From Salisapilia sapeloensis CBS 127946 (taxonomy: Eukaryota; Protista; Oomycota), in contig JAADVB010000087.1 of NCBI GenBank assembly GCA_023334545.1, positions 1 through 64,000 on the forward strand: a DNA stretch of 64,000 nucleotides. Reading direction: 5' to 3'. The notes beneath the pieces were generated by a model that saw only the letters and a program-made list of their open reading frames with translations, did not search any database and was not told where the DNA came from. Positions 34,523-46,000 of the stretch are shown here, piece after piece (position 1 is the first letter of the stretch; each line of letters begins with the position of its first letter). Both the position numbers and the translations under genes were made by a program.

Positions 34523-35527
34523 CTAGCGCGATAAGAACTGTTGCCTTTTAGCATCCTCTCTTATGACATGATCAATCCATGAATGTACATCCGATACACG
34601 GAGAAAAACGGCGGGGGCGACTCCGCACATATTGTCTGTACCTGACGCAATTCCAATCTGTCTTCCACCATACATTAATGGACCTCCTGAATCTCCTTTG
34701 CATATTCCTTTTTGAGGTTTCTGTTGATGCTTTCCAAGGCCGCTACCGGCGCAAAAGTATTCAAAATGGACTGCGTTGTCAAACCACGACTGACAGGATT
34801 TCTTGGGCTGAAACTTTAGTCGCGTGTGCTGTAATAAATCTGGATACGTGTAGTACATTGGTTTGGCGCTTCCCTGCCACGTACTTTGAATTGCACCCCA
34901 ACCATATGCGTCCGTTTGAGATCCAAGCCAGCGTGGACGCTCCTCTGGATTATTACGTATTGTATCGTACTCGACAAAGTGATGATACTGTGCAGATACG
35001 CTATGACGAAGCACCAAGATACCTGCATCGAAGGTAGGCATAGAGCTTAAACTCTTTCGGGAAAAGAGCCGATGTACCTTCACTTTGCTCACTTCAATCT
35101 GTTCACCAGAGTCAGCCCCACTTCGGAGGTTGGTCCCAATGGAAACATATTGTCCTTTTCTGGGCACATGCCCCACATACTCCCCATCTTTATTCCAGAC
35201 GTATCTAGTTACGCAATGTGCTGCTGTCAACACAAGTCGACTTGTTAAAAGCGTTCCACCACAGGCATTTATCCCTTGCCTTGTGGCGCGTATACCTACC
35301 ATGAAAGGGGCCGCTTCCCATCGGACAGTTTTTCCATCGAAAATGCGGTTTACATCGCCTTGTGTCGAGATAGGATCGACTTTGCTCATCATGTTTACAT
35401 CAGAAAAATTTTGAAGTATCTCGCTGTTCATCATGTTCAAAAATTCTGCTGTACAGGCTCCGAAGCATAATGCGGGCAATACGATGACCAAAACGACAAG
35501 GTGGTGTACACGTCTGCTTTGTATCAT
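34523..35527 (-). CDS. Secreted S1A (chymotrypsin-fold) serine protease, copy 1
   Basis: Signal peptide, activation site NR/IFDG, CGGTLL, TAAHC (His), FDAGIL (Asp), GDSGGP (Ser). Confidence 0.92.
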   Translation of the reverse strand: MIQSRRVHHLVVLVIVLPALCFGACTAEFLNMMNSEILQNFSDVNMMSKVDPISTQGDVNRIFDGKTVRWEAAPFMVGIRATRQGINACGGTLLTSRLVLTAAHCVTRYVWNKDGEYVGHVPRKGQYVSIGTNLRSGADSGEQIEVSKVKVHRLFSRKSLSSMPTFDAGILVLRHSVSAQYHHFVEYDTIRNNPEERPRWLGSQTDAYGWGAIQSTWQGSAKPMYYTYPDLLQHTRLKFQPKKSCQSWFDNAVHFEYFCAGSGLGKHQQKPQKGICKGDSGGPLMYGGRQIGIASGTDNMCGVAPAVFLRVSDVHSWIDHVIREDAKRQQFLSR

Positions 35528-35709
35528 TTAGTCACTGCGTGTTTGCTTGATCTAATACGAAAATGAATATGGTTTCTGTATTAACTAGGCGTATGCGATA
35601 TGCTATCCATCAATACAGTGACAATATTCAAGGATATGTCATCCCAATAAGTGGTAAAGTTGTCTTTTACAAAGTGGCCGGAGATTTTATCGCATACTCG
35701 TTTACTTGA

Positions 35710-35836
35710 TTTGTTTTTCCCGCGACTGTCCACCATATGTGGTAGAGATCCAGCTTGCAGAAAACTAAACTAGTGGCCAATTTCAGTGCATTTATCATTA
35801 GTAAACAATAAACAAGTCATAGTCGGTATTTGTGTG
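35710..35836 (-). repeat. Upstream non-coding block homologous to 42425-42549
   Basis: Collinear blocks tgtcca.cat..gtgg, agctt..agaaaactaaa and aagtca.ag..gg.atttg.gt lie at similar distances upstream of both protease genes. Confidence 0.75.
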
Positions 35837-36688
35837 ATGGAGCATTAGATAAGAATTAAGGAGGCGGACGTTTCAGGTGAAAATAGGTCAGATCTCAGCT
35901 TTTGGCTTACTTGATGAGGAAATTGATCATTGTATTTCTTTAGTAGATGTATCCTCCAAAATGCTCGACCATAATATTTTGGCTTTAATGCTTGGAGTAA
36001 GCGCAGTGAAACCGAACTTGTCCATCTACAATTCAATTATAATGACATTTTGTCCATAGGGCCAATTACACAAATGATGGGCTCATCAATGGTACTGTGA
36101 CTTGATCAAGTTTTGAACTGTATTAGACTACATCGTAGTTCTGCAACCGACCATTGCAGAAGGGATGATAAAATCCTTATGGACATGACTAGTAGGGGTT
36201 TCAAAGTTGTTAAAACTCACCTTCTGAGTTCATGTCTTGAGTACTGACATTCTGGTTGAACGCTTTCTTAACTTTTCATCCTATAATCCCAAATAGCTAC
36301 CTCTAGAGGTAGCTGGTTTGAAAATACCGGATCTTGATGCTGTGAAAGGTCCAGTAAGTCTGCCGGCCAGTGAAGCTAATCATGAACACAGACTAATGAT
36401 AATTTCTGCGCGATCTTTAAACTTTGACTCTCCCTAATCTACGGATAACTTTTGCTTGATGTGCACACTTTGACTCACCCTAATGCCGGCCAAGTATTCG
36501 TTTACTGCCGCAGTCAACGATCCTACGACAAATTCGACGTACCAGAGGGGTATTTGCATGACAAGTACAAACTAGGTTTCCATGCATGAATGAAGCCAGT
36601 CTCGAACGGCATTGTGTAACATCGATAACGCTTTTAGGCATCGTATAGAAAATAGAGCTTTTCAATTCAATCTATGTCGTCTTCATTT

Positions 36689-39204
36689 TCATTCGAATGT
36701 AATACTACTGTGGTACGATCCATTCTTCACCAATTCGTGGAAGTAGTATTGGATCTGTGCAGCAGTCGGACGGTCTTCCGGGAGATTTGACAGGCACTTC
36801 TCTGCCAACGAACGAATCGATTTAGGGCATGCTTTTGGCAATGACGGGCGAAGGCTGCCTGAGGACATCTTATTCGCAAGAGACAGCACACTTCCTGCAT
36901 GGCTATCATCTCGGACAACGTCGTAATACGGAAGTTCATGCGTTGACAGTCCGTCAGTATGACACCCAACGAGTACACATCACAGGCCTGTGTGTAGTGC
37001 CCTTCTTCTCTTAATATCTCGGGAGCCAACCACCGGACTGTCCCCACGCCTTCGACCGCCATCGTATTAATATCATGCTCTCGAGCAGTTCCACAGTCGC
37101 TCAGCTGTGCTAACATCGATCCGCTCAGCAAGACGTTGAGAGACTTGAGGTCTCGATACAGCAGTGGAGGAATAAACGAGTGGACCTATGCGAGTGCCTT
37201 GACGATGTCAAACGCAATATGAAACTTTTCATCATTCCATTCCGAACGACAGGAAGCTTTCTGGAGATAGTTTCTTGAATCTCCGTTCTCCATATACTCA
37301 AATAGCGCCTGGAAGTCAGTGCGTTTGGTCCACGCAGCTCCAACGAGTCTCAAAACGTTCGGGTGCTCGAGCGATGCAACGAGTTTTATTTCTGCAATAA
37401 TATTTTAGATCTCGTTGGCACTCTTTTTCTCTTCACGGATCCGCTTGGAGGCGTATAACTCGCCGAGGTATTCGACCAACTAAACTACACCGAAAGCACC
37501 TCCGCCGAGTTTTTGAAGATCTCGAATGTCGCGGATATTCAGCTGGATATTGATCAGCTGCTGATCGCTCCAAATTGAGCTGTCTTCTTCCATCTTAACC
37601 CCTGCATTTGCTGCAAATGTCGGTGAGCTGGCCTCCGCGTAGTTTAAAGAGCGTGTCTGCAGCGATTTAACTTGATTTCGTCGCTTTACGAAAAAGTAGG
37701 CTAGAGCAGCGATGATGACTCCGACTATGACGGTGGTGACGATGATATAAACGACAGTGGATGAAGATGAACCATCTCATTCAATAGCTATGTTGGCTGA
37801 GGAAGAAGATAGTGCTGTGTCGTTGGTGTCATACTGGCTTGAGGCAGCTTTTTCACTTATGCAAACTGCGAAATCGGTAAAACGAACGTTTTTAGCCTCT
37901 CCATCCGGACAGTCTGGCGTATCGTTTCCAATTTCATAAGGATTTGTGTAAATGGTTTTGCTTATCACTTCAAAAAGCGCGGGAGACACCGTTCGTTCGA
38001 TTAATGGATTGCTACCCAAGTATCTACACGCAAACACTGTCTTAAATTTCTTATCGTCTCCAACTAAAAGAGGTAGGAATACAGCTCGCAAAGGTTGTGC
38101 ATGCTGGCGATGGCTTATGGAGTTTTCCCAATGAGTTATTAGGTAAATGCCTGTAAATACAGCATTAACATTGTGCCATGTCACTTGGTACATGGGAGTA
38201 CTTACAGATATTGAAGGTTAGTAAATTCGCCTTCGAAAGGTCCCAGGTCGTTGAAATCTAATCTACTACGCATAGATCAGAATTGTCAGTTGGCTCGACG
38301 GTGAAATTGCATAACTATATACTTGCAGTTGGACAAGGCTGCCAAGTCCCATCTCGGCAGGATAGCTTTTGATATAATTACTCTGCAAATACCTATTAAT
38401 TGATTTCAGTTTTTATGATAACATTATAGATTAACCATGACGATGCACTTACAGAATTCTGATGTAAGTCGCTTGCGATACGTACGGCATTTCTTGGAGT
38501 TGACAATTGTTCATGGTCAGTATTTTTAGCTCAGAAGGCAGGTCTACTAGCGATGGCGCGTCTTCAGAAAAGCCAATATAGCGGAACTTGACATTCACAA
38601 CAGAATTTTCATGGGAAAGTGTTTCGTCTGAAAATTTTACACTAACACCCTTTTTCTTCACGCTATAATTGCATTCATATCCGCACAATATCCTATGTTG
38701 CCGAGCTTAGTGTCAGTTAGCGATGAAATTCATAGTGTCCTACCATCCCTCTACGCTGGAGCTAAAATGAAGATCAACTGCATCGAGATACTTGTCATCG
38801 AGATGAGGGGAGTCTGGCTTGAAATCGTTTATGGTATCTTCGAAAGTGACAACGAAGGTGAAGGATTCAGATGAAGATGAACTCAAGAACAGGGTAAAAC
38901 ATTGTTACTGGTAGTTTAAGTCTGTGTCTGCTTCCTGGCATTTGCTCCATGTGTCTTCGCTGTCCTTAATGTCTTCTGATATAACATTACGATTGCACGG
39001 GTTTTTATCGTTGATATTATAAATAACGCAAGCGTCATACCCCTCATATTCGCCGTGACAATCTGGTTGCATGAGTAGTGTGCTGGTGGCAACAAAATCG
39101 CTACCATCATTGCTCAAGCCATCGATGCCCAGAATCCTCCCTGCAAGGAAATGTAATAGCAGGACAAATGCAGAAACCATTATTGGTTTTGTGCTGTTGT
39201 TCAT
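36689..39204 (-). pseudogene. Disrupted LRR receptor-like kinase (signal peptide, ectodomain, LRRs, TM, TKL kinase)
   Basis: One gene can be threaded from ATG 39204 through short LRR exons, a TM segment (VVYIIVTTVIVGVIIAALAYFFV-KRR) and a kinase (LGGGAFG, YRDLKSLNVLL, DCG, GTVRWLAPE). In-frame stops at 38905, 37777, 37480, 37405 and 37186; frameshifts at about 38110 and 36950. Confidence 0.9.
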
Positions 39205-41238
39205 CGTCTCGCTTCGTTGTACGTAGTGAATACCAGCTCGCTCTTTATACTCTAAGTCCAAATGACTTTACAGATCCCACGGTAGATCGAATTATCGCAG
39301 GAGTTTCGAGAGAAGTGCTGATGTTTAATTTTAACTGTGCAGTGTCCATAACTGGACTTCACCTTCATTCCACAGTTACGCATTTGAGACATTTTGAAGT
39401 ATAATACTAGGCACGGGTTATTCAAGCACCAGGAGTCGTTTCTACAAACAATTCTTGTCAACAGACACATCGAGAAGAATCGCATGGACTCATAATCGCA
39501 TAATGAACCTAAAGCATACATTCAACTCACCTTAAGTTATCGGATAAATAAGACACTCACAGGCTGTCACTTACTTGCAAACATATACTATAATCGCTTG
39601 GTGTACAGCAATTAAAGCGAAACGTAGCCTATCTAATGTTTATCCACATGACGCTCCCTTCTTTACTAGACTTACTGGATTCTTCCATAGAGTGCCCTCT
39701 GGGCATTCGCGCGAGCTCATATAGCCTTATAACGATAACTTGAAATCTATTTAAAGATCACTTGCGGAAAGCTTATGCTGTGAGATGCCTTTATCAGAAA
39801 GCCAGTGTAGCTGGCCTTCCGAAGCTCAACGGATGAATAATCAGTAGATAGCAAAAAGTAGTAAATTTGCCATTCCGTAAAATCTTAGGTGACTGTAAGC
39901 ACATCCTTTGGATGGCGCGAGCAAGACGAGTGCTCCTCACTTCCCAAGTAGCGGCAGTCAGAGCAAGAGGGCTTGGAACAAGAACTTAGTACAAAGTTAC
40001 CAAACAAGACACTGTATATTTGTGTTCGGATATCAAGTTACTATTGCCTATCATCTATCCCTGATTGAAGCTCTTGTATGAAAAATCTTTTTATAAAAAC
40101 CTGTGATGATGCCATATTTATACTTTTTCAAGTTCACAAATTATGAGAGCATCACCATCGGTTGGACCTATAAGAGGTCTTAACGCGGCCTTTTGGACCT
40201 CAAAAATAAAATAAAAGCACGAGCATGGTCATGCTTCCCACCGGCAGAGTTTCATATTTTTGTGGTGCTGGATATTAGTGATTGCTACTTAGTTTTAAAT
40301 AAGACTTAACGCAATATGAAACATTTTTCTTCTGTAAGGAAAGAGCATGCAAGTTCCTCTATCTCCGCCACTGACCATTCCGTTCCTTTTCCCATTTTGC
40401 TTTCTTTAAATGAATTATCCTATTGCACTGCTATTTTGAAAGCATGCCTGGTTAAGTCCAGACATATCGAAGACTTTAGGTCGCAAACTCAGAAATTTAA
40501 GACCTCCGCAGGTAAAAACCCCTCTTAAGACTGATGGGTGCACACGTACTTGGCTTTAAAACTGGCAATAGGCCTGACCGGTGATGATGCTCTGAACGAT
40601 TGTAGAGCATTGCGCCTTCTCTTTATTTGCCAGCATTGTGTTTGGTAGTTATGTCGGCTATCGTGCGCTCAGTGCCACTACTGTGCGCAACGATAACTAT
40701 AGAATGACAAGACGTATCCTACAATATAGCCCACTGTTTGTGGAATCCAGCTATAGGTTAGATGCCAACGGATCGTTTAGAACCATCATTGCTGTGACTT
40801 TATTAAAAAAGACACTCTCGGATATGATGCGACTGAACTGCAGGTAAATATGTCTACAAAGCATGACTGAACTTCATCCGACTAAAGTGCTGAATGAAAC
40901 TGCATAAAATTAGCAACTGGCAAGTCTGATGACTACTTTGCAAGCATGGGTGTCAATTGAGTATGATGCGGAAAGAATTTGTCAAACGGAGCAATTCTTT
41001 TATGTATGAATTACGATGCCAAGCAAAGTGGAGGTTTTACGCAAAACTACCGCATTTCTGTATACGTTATTATCTATTCTACTTAAGCTTGAGTTGTATG
41101 AATCGTGCCCAAAAAGCTGACAGAAACATATGTTACCAATTTAGATGTTTCCTGCAACCGAGTGACGGTGTAGTTTTTATTTCAACTTATCTGATACTCC
41201 TCTCTCCACCTTAAAGATTATAAAAAGGATGATACTAT

Positions 41239-42261
41239 TTAACCTGCTAAGAAATCTTGCCTCTTGGCATCTTCGTTTATCACATACTCAATCCATGCGT
41301 ATATGTAAGATACACGAAGAAAAATACCAGGAGCCGTTCCGCACATTTCACCGGTCGCTACAGAGATCCCAATTTGTCTCCCATCATACATTAATGGACC
41401 ACCTGAATCCCCTTTGCATATCCCTTTTTGAGGTTTTTCATGAGACTTCCATGTACCTTTACCAGCGCACAAGTACTCGAAATGAATTGGACTAGTAAAC
41501 CAGGACTGGCACGCTTTCTTTGGTTGAAACGTTAGCCGCGTGTGCTGCAGTTGGTTTGGGTAGGAGTGAGATATAAAGTCATCCGTTCCCCGCCATGAGC
41601 TTTCAACTGCGCCCCAGCCATACGCATCCGCCCGAGACATCCGCCAGAGTAAATGACTCTCTCGATAACTGCGTATTGTATCGTAATCGACAAAATGGCG
41701 ATACCGCTGGGATACATTATGGCGAAGCACAATGATCCCTGCATCGTACTCACTTATAGAACGGCCATCGTTTTGCTCAAAGTATGGGTGCACCTTAACT
41801 CTGCTTACCTCAATCAGCTCACCAGAATCGGCGCCGGTCTTTTCACTGTTTCCAATGGAAACATACAGGCCTTTAATCGGTACAAATCCCGCATATTTTC
41901 CATTTCGGATTCTGGCTTCAGCTACACAATGGCCTGCAGTCAATACAAGTCGGCTTGTTAGCAGCGTTCCACCACAGACGTTTGCTCCTTGCCTCGATTC
42001 ACGTATGCCGACCATGAAAGGGATGCTTTCCCATCCAATAGTTTTCCCGTTGAAAATTCTGTTTTCATCGTCTTGAGTCGAAACAGAGTGGAGTTTGACC
42101 ATCGCGTCCGCATCCGTTCCATCTCGGAGTGTCTTTCTTTTGATTCCGCTCAAACCTTCAACAGAAGATACTCTGAGGCATATTGCCATCAACAAGATGA
42201 TCATCAAGTTAAAGGGGAGAACACTTCGACTTTTCATCGATTTAGTGCTTTGCTTTCGCAA
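41239..42261 (-). CDS. Secreted S1A serine protease, copy 2
   Basis: Hydrophobic N-terminal signal, NR/IFNG, CGGTLL, TAGHC, YDAGII, GDSGGP. Collinear paralog of 34523-35527. Confidence 0.92.
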   Translation of the reverse strand: MRKQSTKSMKSRSVLPFNLMIILLMAICLRVSSVEGLSGIKRKTLRDGTDADAMVKLHSVSTQDDENRIFNGKTIGWESIPFMVGIRESRQGANVCGGTLLTSRLVLTAGHCVAEARIRNGKYAGFVPIKGLYVSIGNSEKTGADSGELIEVSRVKVHPYFEQNDGRSISEYDAGIIVLRHNVSQRYRHFVDYDTIRSYRESHLLWRMSRADAYGWGAVESSWRGTDDFISHSYPNQLQHTRLTFQPKKACQSWFTSPIHFEYLCAGKGTWKSHEKPQKGICKGDSGGPLMYDGRQIGISVATGEMCGTAPGIFLRVSYIYAWIEYVINEDAKRQDFLAG

Positions 42262-43034
42262 ATATAATAGAGAACGGGATTAGCCTCTTAATCGCAACCA
42301 CTACACGATATATACCATCCACAAAAACAGCCACGATATCCAAGGACATAGCATCATAAATGAGTGGTAACCTTGCTTTTTATACCTGAACAGTGTCTTC
42401 GTCGTGTACTCGTATAATTCATTTATGTTTCCTTCGAGTGTCCATCATCGGTGGCCAAGCTTCAAGCTTCTAGAAAACTAAAGTAACGACCAAAGTCAGA
42501 TGCACCATCCGTTTGTAGATAAGGAAAAAGTCAGAGCTGGCATTTGCGTCTACTAAAGCATTAGTCCTATATCTAAACTTGTTTTGAGTATTTTGCGTTA
42601 TGCAGGTCCACACGAGTTCAGTCAACTGTATAGTCCAATAAAGGACTTCTCAGATCATGAAGATGACAAATAATATGTCCTGTTTTGATCCACGGTATCG
42701 ATCGGAAAACCCTGTCCATGAATATTTGTGGACTGTGAGAATGGAAACTTCTGCCATGTACGTCGGTGTACTTGATTCTAAATCAATAAATTGAGTTCCT
42801 AGATACATTTGATGGGTTAAATCGACTATCAATCGAACTTAAGGTGTGATTCGAAAGCTGGCCTAAGCTCAACTTAATTTCACACATTCCTAATAATCAA
42901 CCTTTCAAAAGATTCTACCTATCTAACCTATTCGTTCTTGTAAGCAAATTATGCTACTCTACGTCTCTATCTCTATGTAAATTGCAAATAGAAAGCAATT
43001 TCAATTGCAAATAATTGTATACACGTATATTTCT

Positions 43035-46000
43035 TTATGTGTCGAGATTGAGTAAGAAAGCTGTGCCGTTCATAATCCAATAATCTGGCTTCTTTCTAGT
43101 CGGAAGGTAGACTGCGATAACAAAGTTCGTCGAAATGCCCGTGGTTGACAACGTTCCTTGACGTACGGATGTCTTATAGACTGGACAAGCATAGTCAGCC
43201 TTGTTGCGCTGGACGTTCGTGGCTGGTAGAAAGTGGACAATTGCCATAGGAGAAAACATTTCACCATGCCGCGCATCTTGCAGCACAAACTGGTTTCGGT
43301 CCCAACGTGCACCTTGAAGCCACAAACCATCGATATATACACCATCATTCGGACTTTCAGTTAGCTCCTCAGCACTGTCGACTTGACATACGTTGAAGAC
43401 GAATGCGAGTGAGTCGATGGCTGTCTGATACTTTCGCGCAAAGTTCTGTAGCGTGCCAGTCATAAAGCCTTGTGGAAAGAAGAAGACGCTCAGGTCAAAT
43501 ACAACTGGCTCTCCGTTCAATAACCAATTGCGGAAGAATACGACTCGATCCAACAGGTCCTTCGTCCAAGATCCCAGAGGCTTAAGCGACGCAAAACTCA
43601 CTGCTGCCCACAGCTGAGGCACCTTTCCGTTCAAGAAGGCGGTATACATGTTATCCAGGTCAGACGACATGACAATAAGTCCATTGATAGCTCGTTGGAT
43701 ATCGCCTAGCGAGCGCCTCATGCGATCCAACAAAGTATTAAACTTGACTAGCTCCTGACTTAGTACAGTCGCCAAGGAGTCCATGACCACCGTTCCTGCC
43801 ACCTCTCGTGTTTTGAAAGTAGTCGGTCCAGCTAGTTCCGGATCTAGATTCTCCGGCAAGTTTTCAAGTAGATTCGTGGCAATGTCCATCACTCGCTGAT
43901 CACTTGAGATGGCACTCGAGTCACCACCTCCGCCGTCTCGTGGCTCAAGTCCTAAGATAATCTTTGTCATATATGCACTCTCGTTGCGTTCGTACGTGAC
44001 GTTCGCATTGTCGTGCATGCCGAAGAGCTCTGGGTTATCGAAAGCAGGAAGTTGTTGAAGGTACTCTAGCATTCCACTGTAGCTTTCTACCTGAGGCACA
44101 CGGTACAGACCAGACTCGGAGAATTTATAATCCGGATCGAGGACGTCTGGTGTGTAGAAGTTTTCAAGCAAGCTCATGAGACACCTGCGATCCCAGTCGT
44201 CCGTGACACGGCCTCCATAGTTGATCTGACCTGTCACGTACTGCAATGCATCCCAAGGGACTAGAGGCTGTTCTTCCAGGAACTTTTTCAAACTAGCGAT
44301 CGAAGTCTCAAGGTCCGTGTCGTTAAACTCGTACTTGATGTTCCAGCCAAGAGCTCCGAACTTGCGTCGCTCTTGAACGATAGCATGGAAGAAGGTGAGT
44401 GAGCACAGTAACGTTTTCCATCCTTTGGATTTAGTCAGTCCGTCATCGAAAGAGCCCAACTCACTGAAACCTTCGTACGTGTCATCTGACACGAGAGTTG
44501 TGAAAGAACGCACGAGGTTGGCTCGGATCCCTTTCGGCGGTTCATTCGTCAACTTGACTCCGTTCTGGAGGACAGTGACTGGGAAGTACGCCGCTGGGAA
44601 ACTCGTTAGATACAATCGGAACGAGTTATCACAATCTTCCTCTGAACACTGCGCTAGGTCCTCGACAATCTTCTCTAGCTTTGGCATCCAGCTCTTTGCT
44701 AGATGACAGTTCTGCAAGAGAACCCAGTCACCTACTTTCTTACTTGAATTGATAAGCTGCTCTGCTCGTGGACCTTGGCCTTGACCTAGTGAGATGAGGT
44801 GCAAGCGGTCGTTGAACTGCATCTCCTTTGCAAATCGGAGTAGCATACCAGTAGGGTCAGCACCAGCAGACAGTACAAAGATGCATGGTGTCTTCCGATC
44901 AATATCGGCGTAGATTTCGTCCATGGTAGTAGGAGCAAGGCGTCCAAACTCGTCCCCCATCTCGGTCGAAATCAAGTGCACGATGGCTGCAGGAACTTTC
45001 TCTTCTGCCAAAGCCTTTAGCAGCAAGAGAAGCTGGAAAGAGGTTAGTATTGTGGTGTATTCTTCTGGAGAAGGGGCTGTGAGCAAGTCTGGGCGCTTGA
45101 GCCATTCCGACCATGCACTCCATTTGAGTGAGAGGGAGGCAGCTAGTCCAGAGAAAGCATAGTGGTCTTCATACAGAGCGTCATCAGAGGCAGTTGCTTC
45201 AGACTCATTTCCAGACAGGATAGTCCTGGAAGTGACAACGGATTCCAGCTCGTTTACTAGATCCCATTGCAGCTCCGACAGTCGGTCGGGTGCTGGGTTT
45301 GTTGGACGATCCGCAGCGTGTTCAGTGGAAGGTGGCGCTCCTCTCAAGTACAGCGACCACTCCCGAGGAGAAATGCGACCCGAGTGCATAAGAATCTTGC
45401 AGCAAATCAACATGGAGAAGAGCACTTTGTGTACTTCGAATAGACCTCGACAAATATTGACGTAAATGTATCTGGTCTGGAAGTCGATGAGGTTTTGTAG
45501 TCGCACTGGCAGATCGTTCGAGGGAGGTGCCTCGTCAAAGCAGATATTGAATAGACGCTGAAAGTATGGTAGTGAGTACTGGTACATTGGATCAATAAGT
45601 GCCAAGTCAGCCACGACAAAGTAGATGATAGAACCACGTGTCGCTACACCACGATACGCTTCTCGCGCTTTGTTGATTTCAATCTCAGTAGCTTCGGATT
45701 CGACTACTCGCTCCTTGATTACTTTTGATGTCGCGTTAGAAGACTGCAGCGTGTCAATAAGATCCTGGTCGTCCAAAACGTTTCCGGACGACTCGGACAA
45801 CTGCTTTAAAATACGGTCTTCAATGTCCTGAAGCTGCTTCTTATCCTGTGCCATCGTAACTACGAGTCTATTCTTCTTTTCCTCTATATCAGGACGCTCA
45901 TGCTTCACAGCATCACCTAGTAGCTGGTTCTCCAGACCGTCCATGGTCACTGTAAAGTTGATGACAGTCACTTTGATATACACTTCTGGTAGGTAGTGTG

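Noticed and set aside
37186-37779. RIP-like C-to-T hypermutation (probable TGG>TAG, CAA>TAA, CAY>TAT)
   Set aside because: Too few events, ancestral codons are only inferred, and transitions are the commonest route to stops anyway.
36689-39204. Stop-codon reassignment or readthrough as an explanation for the interrupted kinase
   Set aside because: All three stop types occur, there are two frameshifts and HRD/DFG are degraded (YRD, DCG). Other genes in the window end normally on TAA, TAG and TGA.
40171-40527. Possible MITE bounded by GAGGTCTTAA...TTAAGACCTC (40174-40183 and 40497-40506)
   Set aside because: The inverted repeat is only 10 bp, there is no convincing TSD and no second copy in the window. 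A genome-wide search could revive it.
39250-41220. Short ORFs (60-110 aa) in the AT-rich spacer
   Set aside because: No shared frame, splice structure or motifs; none resembles a transposase, reverse transcriptase, RXLR or CRN sequence.
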